Source of the DNA: Saccostrea cucullata
Taxonomy: Eukaryota
Direction of reading: 5' to 3'
DNA: 64,000 nt
Assembly: GCF_032062105.1 (NCBI RefSeq)
Contig: NW_026929500.1
Location: 1-64,000 of the forward strand
Below, one piece after another: positions 1 to 12,847 of the stretch; position 1 is the stretch's first letter; each line of letters starts with the position of its first letter. Position numbers and translations under genes: made by a program. Below the pieces are notes generated by a model. That model had not been told where the DNA came from. It saw nothing but the letters and a program-made list of their open reading frames with translations, and made no database searches.

Positions 1-99
1 GATCATGAGATACGAATCGGCCGAGTGATCATTATAGGTGACGGAATTATCCGAGATTTGCCGAATGGCTAATGATTCACTTCTGTGGAAAAGAAAAAT

Positions 100-267
100 G
101 TTTTCATTGGTTGTCGTCCTAATGATAACGTCACGATTGCTAGGCTGTGTGATGTGTTTTGGTTACAGCTCATAGTTTCAGCATCAGTTGTTGAGATAAG
201 ACGTGATTTTCGCTAAGCGAAGATTTTCTGGAATTTTTGATTACAAACAATAGATACAGCTACAGAA
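100..267 (+). promoter_or_regulatory. Conserved promoter/5'UTR block of paralog copy 1
   Basis: About 130 bp is nearly identical to 15437-15565. It has an inverted CCAAT (ATTGG) and a degenerate CRE (TAACGTCA), then a leader running to the ATG at 268. Confidence 0.55.
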
Positions 268-3200
268 ATGAACAGTCAGAGTCATAAAAGGGTAATGACC
301 ATATTTGTGTATTTTTGTGAGGAAAATTTAAAATGCCTGTTGCTAGGGAGGGAAAATTTAAAATCGCAAACATGAGACAGCAGTCTATAAGTATTTACAA
401 ACTTATATATATATATACAAACGTATTTGAAGGATTTATCTTTGGTCTTTTGAATATTTTTACCATTACAACCCTTAGTAAAGTAATAACATGAGATTAA
501 TAAAGTTTAGAATACTGAATATTGCTTAAGTTCCGAAGAAAATTCGTCACTTTGCACCCTTTTGCGGGATTCTAAACAAAGTGGAATGAATAAATTAGGG
601 ACCTAGAGTAGAAAAATGAGAACTGCATTAATCAAATTGCAGTGTAATTTCATGTGCAGAAAATTCCAAAAATATAGTGAGTATAATACAATGAAAGATC
701 GTTGATTTTCTCACTATATAGGCCTAGAGACTAGGATTTCAAATTAGGGCCAATCTGAGAAAAAAATGTAGTAAGCAACATTTTCAGACCGACATATCGT
801 TTCTAATTCTTACTCAACAGTTATTATCAGAATTTTTTTCTCGTAATTAGCAAAATAAATCCATATTATTTGGTAGCCTTGAATGATTTCTAAAGGTCTT
901 TACCAAGGGAGCTCATAACAACCAGCAAGTTGAGTTGCTTCCCTTTAACCATTAAAATCAATATTGTGCCAACAAAACAATACAAGAAGTTTTTCTTTTT
1001 CAAATTCATATGAAAACTTATTCCCGGGAGGGGGGGGGGGGTTCATCATTGAAAAGAAATGCCTGTATTTTTAGATCTGGAAATTAATCTGATTTATTTG
1101 ATTATTTTAGTTTATATTGCCTTTTTATCATATCATAATTTTCAAACTCTGTGAAATTAAGGATGGAAAACTAAATTCTTTTGAGTCCTTTAATTAAGTG
1201 TTTCTGAATCGTTTATTTTTTCACATAATTTTAAAAGATAGGAACAGCAATATTTTTAAAATAACACCATCTGACAAACTTTTTTTAGAGAGGGGAATAT
1301 AATAGGCAAGAAGGCTAACATGTAGCTATTGATTAAAAAAAATACAATGAACATGTTGAGAGCGTACAGAAAATTGTAATTTTTCTTTAGTATGTTATTC
1401 CAGTTAACCAACATTCCAGGTTTCATCATGGTCGGCATAGCCACAGGTGATCGCATCAGCTGTGGGTATGTGACGATGAGGTTGGGAACTTCCGCATCGC
1501 ACAAAGGACATATTAACCTCCCCCCACCCCACCCCCCAAGTATGTCACGAGACTCTCCCCAACCCTGTTACCAGGGGATAATAATTATGTAATATTACAC
1601 TCTTTAGAATACCAGATCATATTAGGAGACAAGCATTTATGTTGTGATCCGGGGGGTGCTTTTTCTTTCAGTCAATCAGTCAATTCGGAGGCCCATTTAT
1701 GAATTTTATTTTAAAGATATTTTTAATATACTAATTTGTCGTTATAATGAATTAAATTCGTTAAAAACATTTTCAAATTCGTTAATAATGAATTTAATCT
1801 GTTATGAAAAACAACAACAACAAAAACAACATTTTTTTCTTTATCGCTTGCTAAACTAGAATTTTGTTTGACTGCCCCCACCCCTAACTTAAAATATGTA
1901 AGAAATTTTCTTAAAAATTGTGTTCATTATTGCTCAAACAATTCATTTTCTGTCATTTCAGAAGGAGAGTGGATGTTCAGTTCCAACCCGGAAGCTGCCT
2001 GAGTATTTACAAGAGGCTGGGAGTGGACATCTTGACCACGCCCACCACTTCCGGGAGAGATGTGGAGGTCTCAGTTTTGTTTTATATGTAATAAACATTG
2101 GTATAAAACGATGTAAGTTAATTTAAGGTCTTAATCTATTTTTTCTCAAATCTTTTTCTTTCTTCTATCAACTTTTATCTTTTCCATTAGTCCACGTTTT
2201 CATTCATATTTGTCTGCTTATATTTATAATATATGAAATTACAATTAAATATTTAAATTCATTGCAGGTTGGGCCACCAAGAAAGCGTTATATTCAGGCT
2301 TCCAATCAAGCAGTATTTCAAAACACAGGACCCAATCGTACAAGTGGCAGAGTGGTGACAAATGGGGTACGTTACAGAGAATTAATGGTACCCATATAGA
2401 CAATTGATAATTAATATTGATATACTTTTTTGCATGTAGCTAGCAACCCCTTTTAAAAATGCTAATTCTTTTTTTAAGTCAGATTTAAGTACGTTTCTCA
2501 TCCTGATATACCGGTAAACACACTCTAATTCAGACAAATTAATAGAATTAGAAAAGTATATTCAAGGAAACATTTTTTTTTTCAGGTGGCAAAACCTCTG
2601 TTGAGCAATGAACAAATACAACAATTCATAACGTCCACAGTTCTTCCTAGTGGTCGCTCAGTCACCAGCACTGAGACAGTGAACCCTAATGTCACCAATT
2701 GTACTGTGTATCCTTCTCAACCTGGGACTAGGATACAACAACAGGTATGTTTTAGGTTTAGGTCTGGAACTAGAATGTACATAATGTACCGTAAATTGAT
2801 TTGTTTAGGAGGTTGGTTTTTACATCTTGAAATACATCACAATTGTCCCTCTGTATGCCAGTCATTCTGGGATTGACAACGAATGCTTATGATCTAAGAA
2901 TAAGTCCTTACCTTTATTCAAGGTTACTAAGGTATTGCAAGGTCACTTGCAAGATGCATTATTAAATCAAATTCATTACAGAATATATTCGATGTTGTTA
3001 TATGCAAAAAGTTTTTGGGCATAATCCGATTTATGAATAACGCAGAATTTATTTTTAAAAATTATGCATGAGGATGAGAAAACGCAGATTGCTTTCATTT
3101 CAACTTGATATTTGGAAATACATGTATCGGGGATGTTTTATTATTTCAAAATTTAGTTACTTTCATTCATATTGACAACACGATAAATCAAGTGACTTTG

Positions 3201-6200
3201 AAATAAAAGACATATCTATGTCATATTTTGAAAATTTATCTGAAGAAAACTTCAAACTTACAGCAAATCAAATCCTACGATTAATGTGATGGCTTCAATT
3301 CTTGTTTAGCCTATTTCCCGAACTTATGTTATTGTAGAAATAAACCGTTATCACCCGCAAATGGACTTTGAGTCTTTCAATTGATCCCAAATGGAAGGGC
3401 ATTCTCTACAAACAATTTCTAGAAAATGGCAAACTATTGACAAATAAGTTGATGAAATAGTCTCGTTTTAAATCGTCATAATGTAACTTCTATGGTCAGT
3501 AGAACGACACTGTACAGCAAATACAATCTTTATAATTTCATTTAGTGCTAACATTTTTCGTACCAACTGTTATGTCATTATTTACTGTCTCAAATAAATT
3601 GTCTACAGATTTTTCTGACAAGGAGTATACTCCTTTGTTGCCCCTGATATCACCTAAAATCCGCTTTTTTAATGCTTTTATCTATTGTTCGTTTACATAG
3701 AATAAAGAATATTTATATGATACACTGTAAATAGACATTATATATTAGTAGTAGTTATTTTTTATATACTATAGACAGTAAGGCGAAAAAAATTGTACTA
3801 AAGTTATTTTAATCCAGTGTATCTCAACAGCTTCGATAGCTCTGTGAAATGTGTACCCGACTACAAAGCGGAGGGTATGAGTTTGATATTCTTACCATAG
3901 GCAATAAAATTTTCATAATGTGAAAATCAACTCTAAAATATTCTAAAATTCTTTTCTCGTTAGAGACAAGCGGAAAGGAAAAATAAGATTATAAGAAATT
4001 CGGAATCCGTTTTCAATGAAATTTGCAACTCTCCATTCCTGAAAAGTAATGGAGCTCTCAAACAAAAATGGAGCGCTACTCGTACATTAACCCTTACATA
4101 ATGTTTTAGGGCATGTGTACTCTGCTCCCGATATGTACTGTTTCAATAGACTTTTGTGCTTGAATATGGTTCATTATCTCAATATTTAATTATGACCATA
4201 AAGTTGATGAAAATTAATTTGGTCAATTTCAAGGTCATTTTGTCGGAAACCATAATTCTTCCTAACACAAGTTCTAATAGAGAAATATTTGAACTGCGAA
4301 GCTCACTTTATTATTGCTTATGTCCCAATCATCTTTCCTAATCATGTTTCAATCATGTCAAAATGTTATTGAGAAGTTGAAAGTCGCTAATAGAGCTAAA
4401 GTCCACAATTTTCCACTGAAAAAAAATGGAAGTTGAAATTTTTCTCAAAAATCGGCTTCTGACTAATGGATGTGTGGCGATCTTGACTACACATCATACG
4501 GAAAATTCAAGAACATTGACCAAAAGGATTGGTTCATAATTTTGAATGAAGAAACATTGGACATTCATACTTTAAAAAATTACATTATTCATGATCAGAG
4601 GGTGTTTCATTATCAAAAATCAAGTCCAATTTTGCAAGTTTAAAGTTAATTTTGGAAATGAAATATGACAATAACGAACAGCAATCGAGCTCAAAAGTCC
4701 ATTAAAACAGTACATATCGGGAGTATAGCAGACCTCTAAAATTATCAGAGATAGGATCAGGTGCCATGAAGGAGTAAGCAGCCCCTGCTGACCGGTCACA
4801 TCCGACATGTGCTCCTTGTCATGATCAGGCAAACGATAAAACCATAGATACTATTCATTTAGTATCTAAATAATGGCATAACAATAAGTTTTTGAAAAAC
4901 GCCAAGAAGCATTTGACTAATTGATAAATTGTATTTGCTCTCAAGGTGATTGTATCGACAAAAGAACTTGCAAAATGATGACTTTAAACAGGACTGTTGA
5001 TACCTTTGCTTCATCAATTTGTTTGTCCGAAGCTTGCCTTATTTTAGAATTTTTGAAAATAGTACATGTTCTGATATATCAAATAAACCGAGAAACATAC
5101 AAGTTATAACTTATAAGGATATATTTTGCTACCTTATTGCATTTGACGATAGAGAAGTTGAAGTCATTCAGTAAAAGTATGGTTTTATTAGCTATATTAT
5201 CAATATTTTTCCAGTTTCTTATACATTTTTTTTCTTTTTTGTAGACTGATTTCACAAATGTGCATCCAAAACTGACTTTAAATGAGCTGAGATCTGGACA
5301 GACCCTACCATGGGTGTCCATCCAGCATCAGACCCAGGACAGGGGACTGCAAAGGCAAACAGAATACAGTGTACAACAGCTAGCCATAAACAGCCAGGGA
5401 CACATTCATCCCTCAGACCAGACTACTTTTGCTGTCCAAATTCTTAACCCGACTTTGACACAGGCAGAGCTTCAACAGCCAATCTCTGCAAATGAACTGG
5501 TGAGTACTTTTAACCCATGTTTCAGAAAAAAGTATTCACAAAATGTCCTGCCTATTTTATTTTGAAAGATAAGTTTTGACTGGTCAGTGTTGTGCAATGA
5601 AAGCGTTTGGTAATTAACTCATAATTCTTGACCTCTCATATCACTTTCACAACGTACTAATGATACTTTCTATTACATAAAAATATTGGAAAATAAAATT
5701 ACTAAATAGACCATTCGTTTATCTGAATTATCTTTGAGAGATGATTTGTATGAGCCCTTAATCTCTAAAAATTATTGTAAAACAAGCTAATGCAGAAAAT
5801 TCGTGTCCCCCGCTTAGGGAAAAAGTCGGATCCCACTGACTGAATTTGTAGAATTATTAAATGTATACATGTATACTGAAGGAAATAAAATACATGTATG
5901 TCAATAAGCATATAAAGATTTGATTGCTTATTCTTTATTATTAGCTCACCTGAGTCAATCAGGTGACCTATTGCCATCCATGTTTGTCCGTCGGCGTCCG
6001 TCGTCCGTCGTGTGTTAACATTTGAACATTTTTCAGCTTCTTCTCTGGAACCACTAAACCAATTTCAACCAAATTTTGTATACAGCATCTGTGGGTAAAG
6101 GGAAACAAAAATTGTGAATTTCAGGGTCCCTGCCCCCCTGGGGCCTGAGGGGTGGGGCCAAAACCACTAAAATTAATGCAATCTTTAAAAATCTTCTTCT

Positions 6201-6335
6201 TTACTCTTGGACATCAAGCAGTCAAACTGTTTGCATGTTTGTAATCAGCAATGAGTCCTCTACCAAAATTGTGAAATTCATGGCCCCAGGGTCAGGGGTT
6301 CTAGTGCTAGGGCGGGGCTAAATAAGTAGGTAGTG

Positions 6336-6369
<34 letters not shown>

Positions 6370-9300
6370 GCTCCTGGGTATTAAATAAACCAACTAAGTA
6401 CATAGTTATGATGAGCAAGAGTGCCTCTACCAAAATTGTGAATTTTATGGCCCCAGGCCCCAGGGTCAGGGGTTCTGGTGTTAGGGCGGGGCTCTATTGA
6501 TAATATAGTGAAAATACATGAATTCTTAGAAAATCTTCTTCTCTCCTCCTAGGTATTAAATAAACTAACTAAGTACATAGTTATGATGAACAAGAGTGCC
6601 TCTACCAAAATTGTGAATTTTATGGCCCCAGGGTCAGGGGTTCTTGTTTTGGGGTGGGGCTCCAATGATTATATAGTGAAATGCATGAATTCTGTGAACA
6701 TCTTATCCTTTGCTCCTGGTTAATGTGCTAATGATCTAATTACATATTTAAGGCCAGGATTTATTTTATTTTCAGTTTTAAAAACCCTCCGCTCAAGGTT
6801 TTGAATTTTGAGAAAAAAATTTAAAAAAATTTCTTTCCGATGTCAAATTTGAGTCGGGATCGAGATTTCAAATTTACGAACTCGCACTTCCGGTTTTACG
6901 ATGAAACGGCGGGTAAATAAAGCTAGATCTGAGAAGATAGCTCGGTTTAGTGTAAAATCCATCGATAAGCGTGCCATTCAGAACGTTTCACCCGTTCAAA
7001 GGACATTCAAATAAAATGCTGACGACTTTGTTGCACAATGACATGCTGGTGAGATAATTATGTATTCGTTTCAAAAGTATCTGTCTGTAAATTATTTTCC
7101 TCCCCAGGTTTTAAACTGCCCGTGGTAGCTATTGCATATTGCCAGCGACATTGTTTAGGTCTCTGTTGTAGCTTACAGTATCATTCTTCAGAAAAGGGTT
7201 GCTTATGCATCAGATGTAATGAATAAAACTATGGGAGAAGTTAAGTCCATTTGAGGAAGAAATAAACAATAACCTGAAGAAATAAAAAAAAATTAACTAT
7301 TAAAAGGCAAGAATATACAAATATATACAGGCATGTAGTATCATTTGTATCAGCCAGAAAAATTATTTCACACTTAATTGCAAAAATGTTCACCCTACTC
7401 CCCAATACTCCCTGTCTGTTTTATGATAGGAATTATAATTTGAGGCATCAAGTAAATTTTAGAACAATGTCTACACATATTAAAAAAATGAAAATAATTA
7501 TATTGAAAGACTTTTAAAGAATTGATCTTTTAAAATATATTTTGATCAACATCACAAAATTTATATAACTGACCCAAACTGGCAGATGATGAAATAAGCG
7601 ATTAAATGTTCTACTTTCCTATTTGTAAGCATTATGTGTCCAGTGGTAAGAAGCCTATTAGGATAGCATAAAAAAGAATGTACAAATGTTAATAATTGAT
7701 TTATCAAATTTTTTTTTTTTTTATTTCCTACTCCTTCGGGACTTTTTTATTCTCATGTTCATAACTAAACCTAAACATAAAAAAATGCTGGCCTTATAAT
7801 GAAGAAAGGGGCCTCTTTCAAAATAGATAATTTCAGGGCAGCTGGGTCAGGGGTACCAGGGGGGTACTTTGACTAAAAATAAATTAATGCTTTGAAATCT
7901 GCCCTTTCATAAGCAATGGTGCCTCTTTCAAAATTTGTGAATTTCATGGCTTTTGGATTAAAACACGAACCAAATACAATTGCTAGAAAGTTGTTACATG
8001 ATGCTCAGGTGACTTATAAGGCCCGTGGGCCTCTTGTTTGTATAGAAGATTCTTTTTATATGGAATATTTATCACACTGTAATGATGATTTTATAACCTC
8101 ATAAATTTTTCATTTCACATGCTGAATACTATCATTTAGTAAAAAAAAAGAAAAGTATTTTCTAATAAAAAAAAAAAAAAGATCGTCCGAGATTCGATCA
8201 CGGGACCTCTTACATGTGAAGCGAGAGACATACCTCTAGACCACGGAATCGCTTTACATAGAGATAAGTATATGCAGAACTAAAGTCACATACATGTATA
8301 TATTCATGTTCGGTATTCTCAAAATTTTACACAATCGGAATCCATGGTGTTTGATTTATTTAGCCTTTATTAAACAGTTCTAATAGATGTATTGTAATAA
8401 GAACATAAAGTCCGCCGAGAACCTGTTTTTACGCAATAACTCTCCTCCTATCCCTGTGATAAAAATAGCAGCATGTACATGTAATACTATTAATACTAAT
8501 AAAGCAAACGAGGCGGGTACTTTGAGAGGGGTAAGAGAGGTCCTAGGGTTTTGGTATAAAATTACATTGCATAAGATCAAAATCTTCTTGAAATATCGCC
8601 CGGAAATGATAGTGTTACACACAGACAGAATGTATAAATTTACGACCTTGAACTTTGACCTTTTGACCTCAAAATCAATAGAAGTCTTCATTAGGCCACG
8701 GGGAGTTGTTACGTAAAATTTCATTGCAATAGTTCAAATGGTTCTAGAGATATCATGTGGAAACGAAAGTGTTATAACAGACAGAATTTGCTTATTTATG
8801 ACCTTGACCTTTGACCTTTTGACCTCAAAATCAATAGGGTTCTTTTTTAGTCCATAGGGAGTTGCTAATTTAAATTTCATTGCAAAAGCTCAAAGGGTTC
8901 TCGAGATATCGTATGGAAACGAAAGCGTTACAGACAGGCAGAAAGACGGACGGACAGACGGACGGACGGACGGACAAACCCAAATTAATATCCCCCACTT
9001 TTCAAGCGGGGGACAATAAACGTACACAATAAGCTAGTTTTATAAATAATGTCAATTTGAAGGAATATTTAAGATCCTATAATGTCTTTGTTGTGTCTTT
9101 ATAAATAGAATTTGGCCAGTTTTGGGGTCCAAGACTATACTCCAACCATTGTGACAGATGAATGGGTTAATGGGACAACACTACAAATTCCTACCAACAT
9201 CACCAATGTTCCATCAGTTACTGGAGTGTATGATCAGACCATTCATCTACCACAGCAATCAGTCCATGGAGTCAGTAGTAACTGTTACTACAATGGTGTA

Positions 9301-11694
9301 CACTCACCTGTGGTAACACCCACACCTAATGTGACAACACCTGGACCATCAGCTGAGTATCCCCAGAGGTCTTCTGCTAAGCTTGTAAGGTTTTTCCCAT
9401 TTCCACTAAGCTAATTTTGCTTTTTTCCAATCTTGGAACTGTATTTTCTGCATTGATAACAAAAACGAATATATATTTATATATTTTATTGCCAGAAATC
9501 ATGGAGTCTTCAACCACAGAGTGTACCTGCATTTGTGGCACCAGTTGAAGCACAAACAAAATCTAAACCCAAAAAGTCAAAGGAAAAGATTCCTAAAACT
9601 GTTTCTCAGGGACAGTATGTTAGTGCAGACAAAAATTTGACTTCCAAAAGCTCAATGGCCAAAGGGAGTAGAAAACTGGAGAAAAACAATGCAAAACCCA
9701 TGCAGCAATCAGTTGGAAAGCCAGTGGATGTAACTTTGCACCAGACTGAGAATTCTGTACAAACTTCTTTAGCTCAGAAAGGTGGCAAGGTAATTAAGAA
9801 TATTATCAAATAATTCCATTTAAATCTATTATATTCTTGCAAAATTTGTTGTATGAAATTTCGACTTTTTCTTTTATTTTCTAGAAGGGAGTCAAGCGCA
9901 TTGTTGTTCCACCAAAGGCTCAGACAGATTCAGTGGAATATCCTCCATATGTGGCCAGAATTATGAGGATCCTGAACAGGCAAAAACAGGTTAGTGTGAT
10001 GAAGACCTAAAATCAATGCAAATATTTCATTATGTTCAAGGAGTGTAATTAAGAATTGACATTTACTTAATAGAGTTCATAAGTTAGTGGCGTATATTCT
10101 CTCTGCTAATGTGTAGGCTAGTGTGTGGGTAGACAAGGTGCTTTCCCTTTAAAGGTATTGGGGGGGGGGGTTCAATGGGAGCATTTTTGAAACTTTAGAC
10201 ATCTACAATTTTAATTTGACCAATGAAAATAATTTTATAGACGAATTTACAGTTTATATTGTCATGTGTGAAGACCACTTAATAAAACTGACACAGTCTA
10301 AATTTATCCTTTTTCTCATATGGAAACTTCCTTACTGAATAATCAAAATTCGATCAAAATTTCCAACTAATCAAATATATTAATTCAAGTTATAAATTTC
10401 ATTTCCTGCACACATTATGGACTCCTGTTGCTTTTGATTAAATTTTCTGATACAGACTTAATATTAATAACACTTTGGCTTTAAAAAAATTCAAGCGAAG
10501 GGAATAACCTTGTCCTTAAATATAAAGCAAAACTGTAAACAGTTGGATATGCATAAAAGTGTGGATTGTTATGAATGCTGTTTTAGCATTTGCAACAAAA
10601 TAAATTCATAGGTACGATTTATTATCAACTCCCCGCCCCTTTATTCAACCAAATTTTTGTCCCTGAGAAAATGATGTGTAGGCTACAGCCTTCTTGCCTA
10701 TATGGAATATATACCACTGTTAGAAGATTTGAAATGGATGTCTTCAGAATTTTAAGAATTTTTTAAAGTCTTAATTGACATTTTTGCTTTTAGGGTCAGG
10801 TGGAATCTGCCGATGATAAAAAGGAAACAGAATCTGATGTTTTCACATCCAAACAAATGACTTCTGTTGGTAAAAAAGATACGGGCAGATCTGATTCTAC
10901 TCCTAAACAGGCTACTACTGCTACTGTCCAAAAAGCAACCAACACTGTGGACTCGAGCCCTAAAAAAGCAACCGACACTATGGACTCAAGCCCTAAACGG
11001 GGTGTTGTAGCTAGAACTCCAGTGTCATCAAAGCAGTCTGTACTAGAAATGAAGGTAACCATTTTAGATAGTATCAGTAATACTTGTATACACAAAATAT
11101 AATTTGACAGTGAATACTATAGTAAACATACAATATTTCAAATATCTTGAATAAACAAATAAACATGGTTATAAGTAAATTGTGTAAAAATATTTCAGTT
11201 TCAGCAAAAGTCCTTGTCTAGTAGTGCTGAACGGAAGGTTATTGAGAAATGTAGCCAGTTGAAATATGGGTCCAAACAAGAGCCAATGTCTATCAAAAAG
11301 GTATTTTAATTATTGTCACAAATATATATACATGTAAGATAAAACTGTATGATAAAAGAAATTATCCAGATACGGATAACTACAAATTTGCATGTGTGTA
11401 AAACTATCCAGATTGTTTTGAATCTATTTGATTTTGCCATTTACGTTATCATTCAATATTAAAAAAGAAAATTACATTATTTATCAGAGATTAGCAAACG
11501 GAATGAATTATATATTATGATATTTTTTACAGACACTCCCAGAGGACTACAGACCAGTGGTTAACACAGCCCTGTTACTAGATGACTTACCACCTGACAG
11601 TGTTACTCTGTTAGAAGCAGACAGTTTCTATGGACCAGAGATTCTTGTCACTTCTGGCTCTCACTGCTTTGTGGCTTCTGTACCTTTCTTTTGA
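268..11694 (+). CDS. Uncharacterised ~610-620 aa S/T/Q/P/K-rich, probably disordered protein, tandem paralog copy 1 (11 coding exons)
   Basis: Exons were defined by GT/AG sites and homology to copy 2: 268-291 (MNSQSHKR), 1962-2067 or 1962-2087, 2268-2366, 2586-2744, 5245-5499, 9109-9384, 9496-9789, 9885-9989, 10794-11054, 11199-11300, 11533-11694 (TLPEDYRPVVNTALLLDDLPPDSVTLLEADSFYGPEILVTSGSHCFVASVPFF*). Exon 2 has a net -2 indel relative to copy 2 (see findings). AATAAA at 12021. No family recognised. Confidence 0.8.
3270..3650 (+). mobile_element. Degraded 3' fragment of a retroelement (Penelope-like RT C-terminus)
   Basis: Broken translation GKLLTNKLMK..SRFKSS..FYG..ND...YNL. Same family as 4660-5100, 12260-12390 and 29595-29940. 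Family assignment is from recalled motif only. Confidence 0.45.
4660..5100 (-). mobile_element. Degraded 3' fragment of a retroelement (Penelope-like)
   Basis: Minus strand reads TNKLMKQRYQQSCLKSSFCKFFCRYNHLESKYNLSISQML, followed by the tail GTGACCGGTCAGCAGGGG.TGCTTACTCC..GGCACCTGATCC shared with 29595-29940. Confidence 0.5.
5941..8038 (+). mobile_element. Helentron-associated non-autonomous element (HINE) with Cg170-like ~167-bp repeats, copy A
   Basis: 5' TCACCTGA..TCAGGTGA hairpin, GTCC/GTC microsatellite, ~167-bp monomers, 3' CTCAGGTGAC plus AGGCCC.TGGGCCT palindrome. Same family as 23957-26010 and 60144-61746. Confidence 0.8.
6751..7794. mobile_element. TA-flanked TIR element nested in HINE copy A
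   Basis: TA|AGGCCAGGATTT...AAATGCTGGCCT|TA. Removing it restores the satellite monomer. Confidence 0.7.
8181..8250 (-). pseudogene. Degenerate tRNA-Val(CAC)-like sequence
   Basis: GATTCCGTGGTCTAGAGGT..CTCGCTTCACATGTAAGAGGTCCCGTGATCGAATC followed by oligo-T. T-loop and anticodon stem are mutated. Confidence 0.45.
8570..9020 (-). mobile_element. HINE-like element, reverse orientation
   Basis: Two ~170-bp TGACCTT-rich monomers, a (GGAC)n microsatellite and a terminal CCCCC..GCGGGGG hairpin. Confidence 0.6.
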
Positions 11695-12847
11695 ATGGAA
11701 GACACAGACTTTTGAATATTATTGGAGGTTGCTGATATTCAGTGATGAGATGGGACTTTATCTTAGTGAACTCTAACCAGTTGTCTTTCATTAGTTTCTG
11801 TGATATATTTTTTGGAGAGGACTTTTGATCTTTTAGCTTATATGGACTTATGACTTGATCTCATGATTTTGGATCCAAACTTTTTGATAAGGACATTCTT
11901 TCATTCATTTCATTTATTTCGAAATTATGTGCCAAATGATTGATTTACTCGAATAGTATTTGATTATTGTTTAAAAAAATGCATGTTTATAACAATCACT
12001 GTTGATAAATTATTATCTTTAATAAAATATATCGCATTTTCTGAAATATTGTTGTGTTTTGTTTTGTAAGCTTATATGTAAGTAATTTGGTTGTTCATTA
12101 GTCATTACTAGTATTTCAGTTTCATAAACTATTTTATCCTGTTATTTCTCTTCGTTAAATTGTTGCATTTATAACTTTAAAAAAGCAGTTGCTCATCCCT
12201 TCTATGGTATGCAAAATTTGGTTGTGAGTAGATACACTTAAATATTCTTTACGTATAAAAAATTTCTAAAACGATCAAGTTATTGACGATCACCAAGAAT
12301 ACAGCAGTCTCGTATAAAGACATTTCGTAGCATGTTCTATGATCGAAATACCTTGTCCAGACCAACTCAGCAAATACAATTTATCATCAACTCAATTTCT
12401 AACTTACGTCTTTTAGTTTTAAGCTTTTTGTAAGTAAGGTCATTATTTATACAGTAAATTGTTTGATTTTCCTTTCTGATCATCAATTAAAGGAGCTTTT
12501 CTAATAATTTATCATTGTTCAGATCGATTAACTGGTTAACTGATTATGAATTGTCGCTACTAATTAAAATATAACCTGAAAGGAAATTCATAAAACTAGA
12601 GGTACTGTGAGCTATGAGCTCACTAAATGATACCCCCGCCTCCCATATGAATATAATGGCAATATCCATGTTTTACCATGGGAAACCAAAAATACATGTC
12701 GGATCAAAAAGTAAAATCGGAGGTGCACAATGACAATATGTAATGAAGCTTCTCTGAAAGTCTAATCAAATTTCATTCATTGAAGAATTGCAGTTAAAAA
12801 ATGGTACCCAAAGCGTAGCAGACGGACGGACGGACATCCCGATTATA

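Noticed and set aside
1392-1592. Possible extra exon in copy 1 intron 1
   Set aside because: It has no counterpart in copy 2 and no convincing splice-site pair that repairs the frame.
8181-8250. Functional tRNA-Val gene
   Set aside because: The T-loop is GATCGAA and stems are mismatched, so it is kept only as a pseudogene-like relic.
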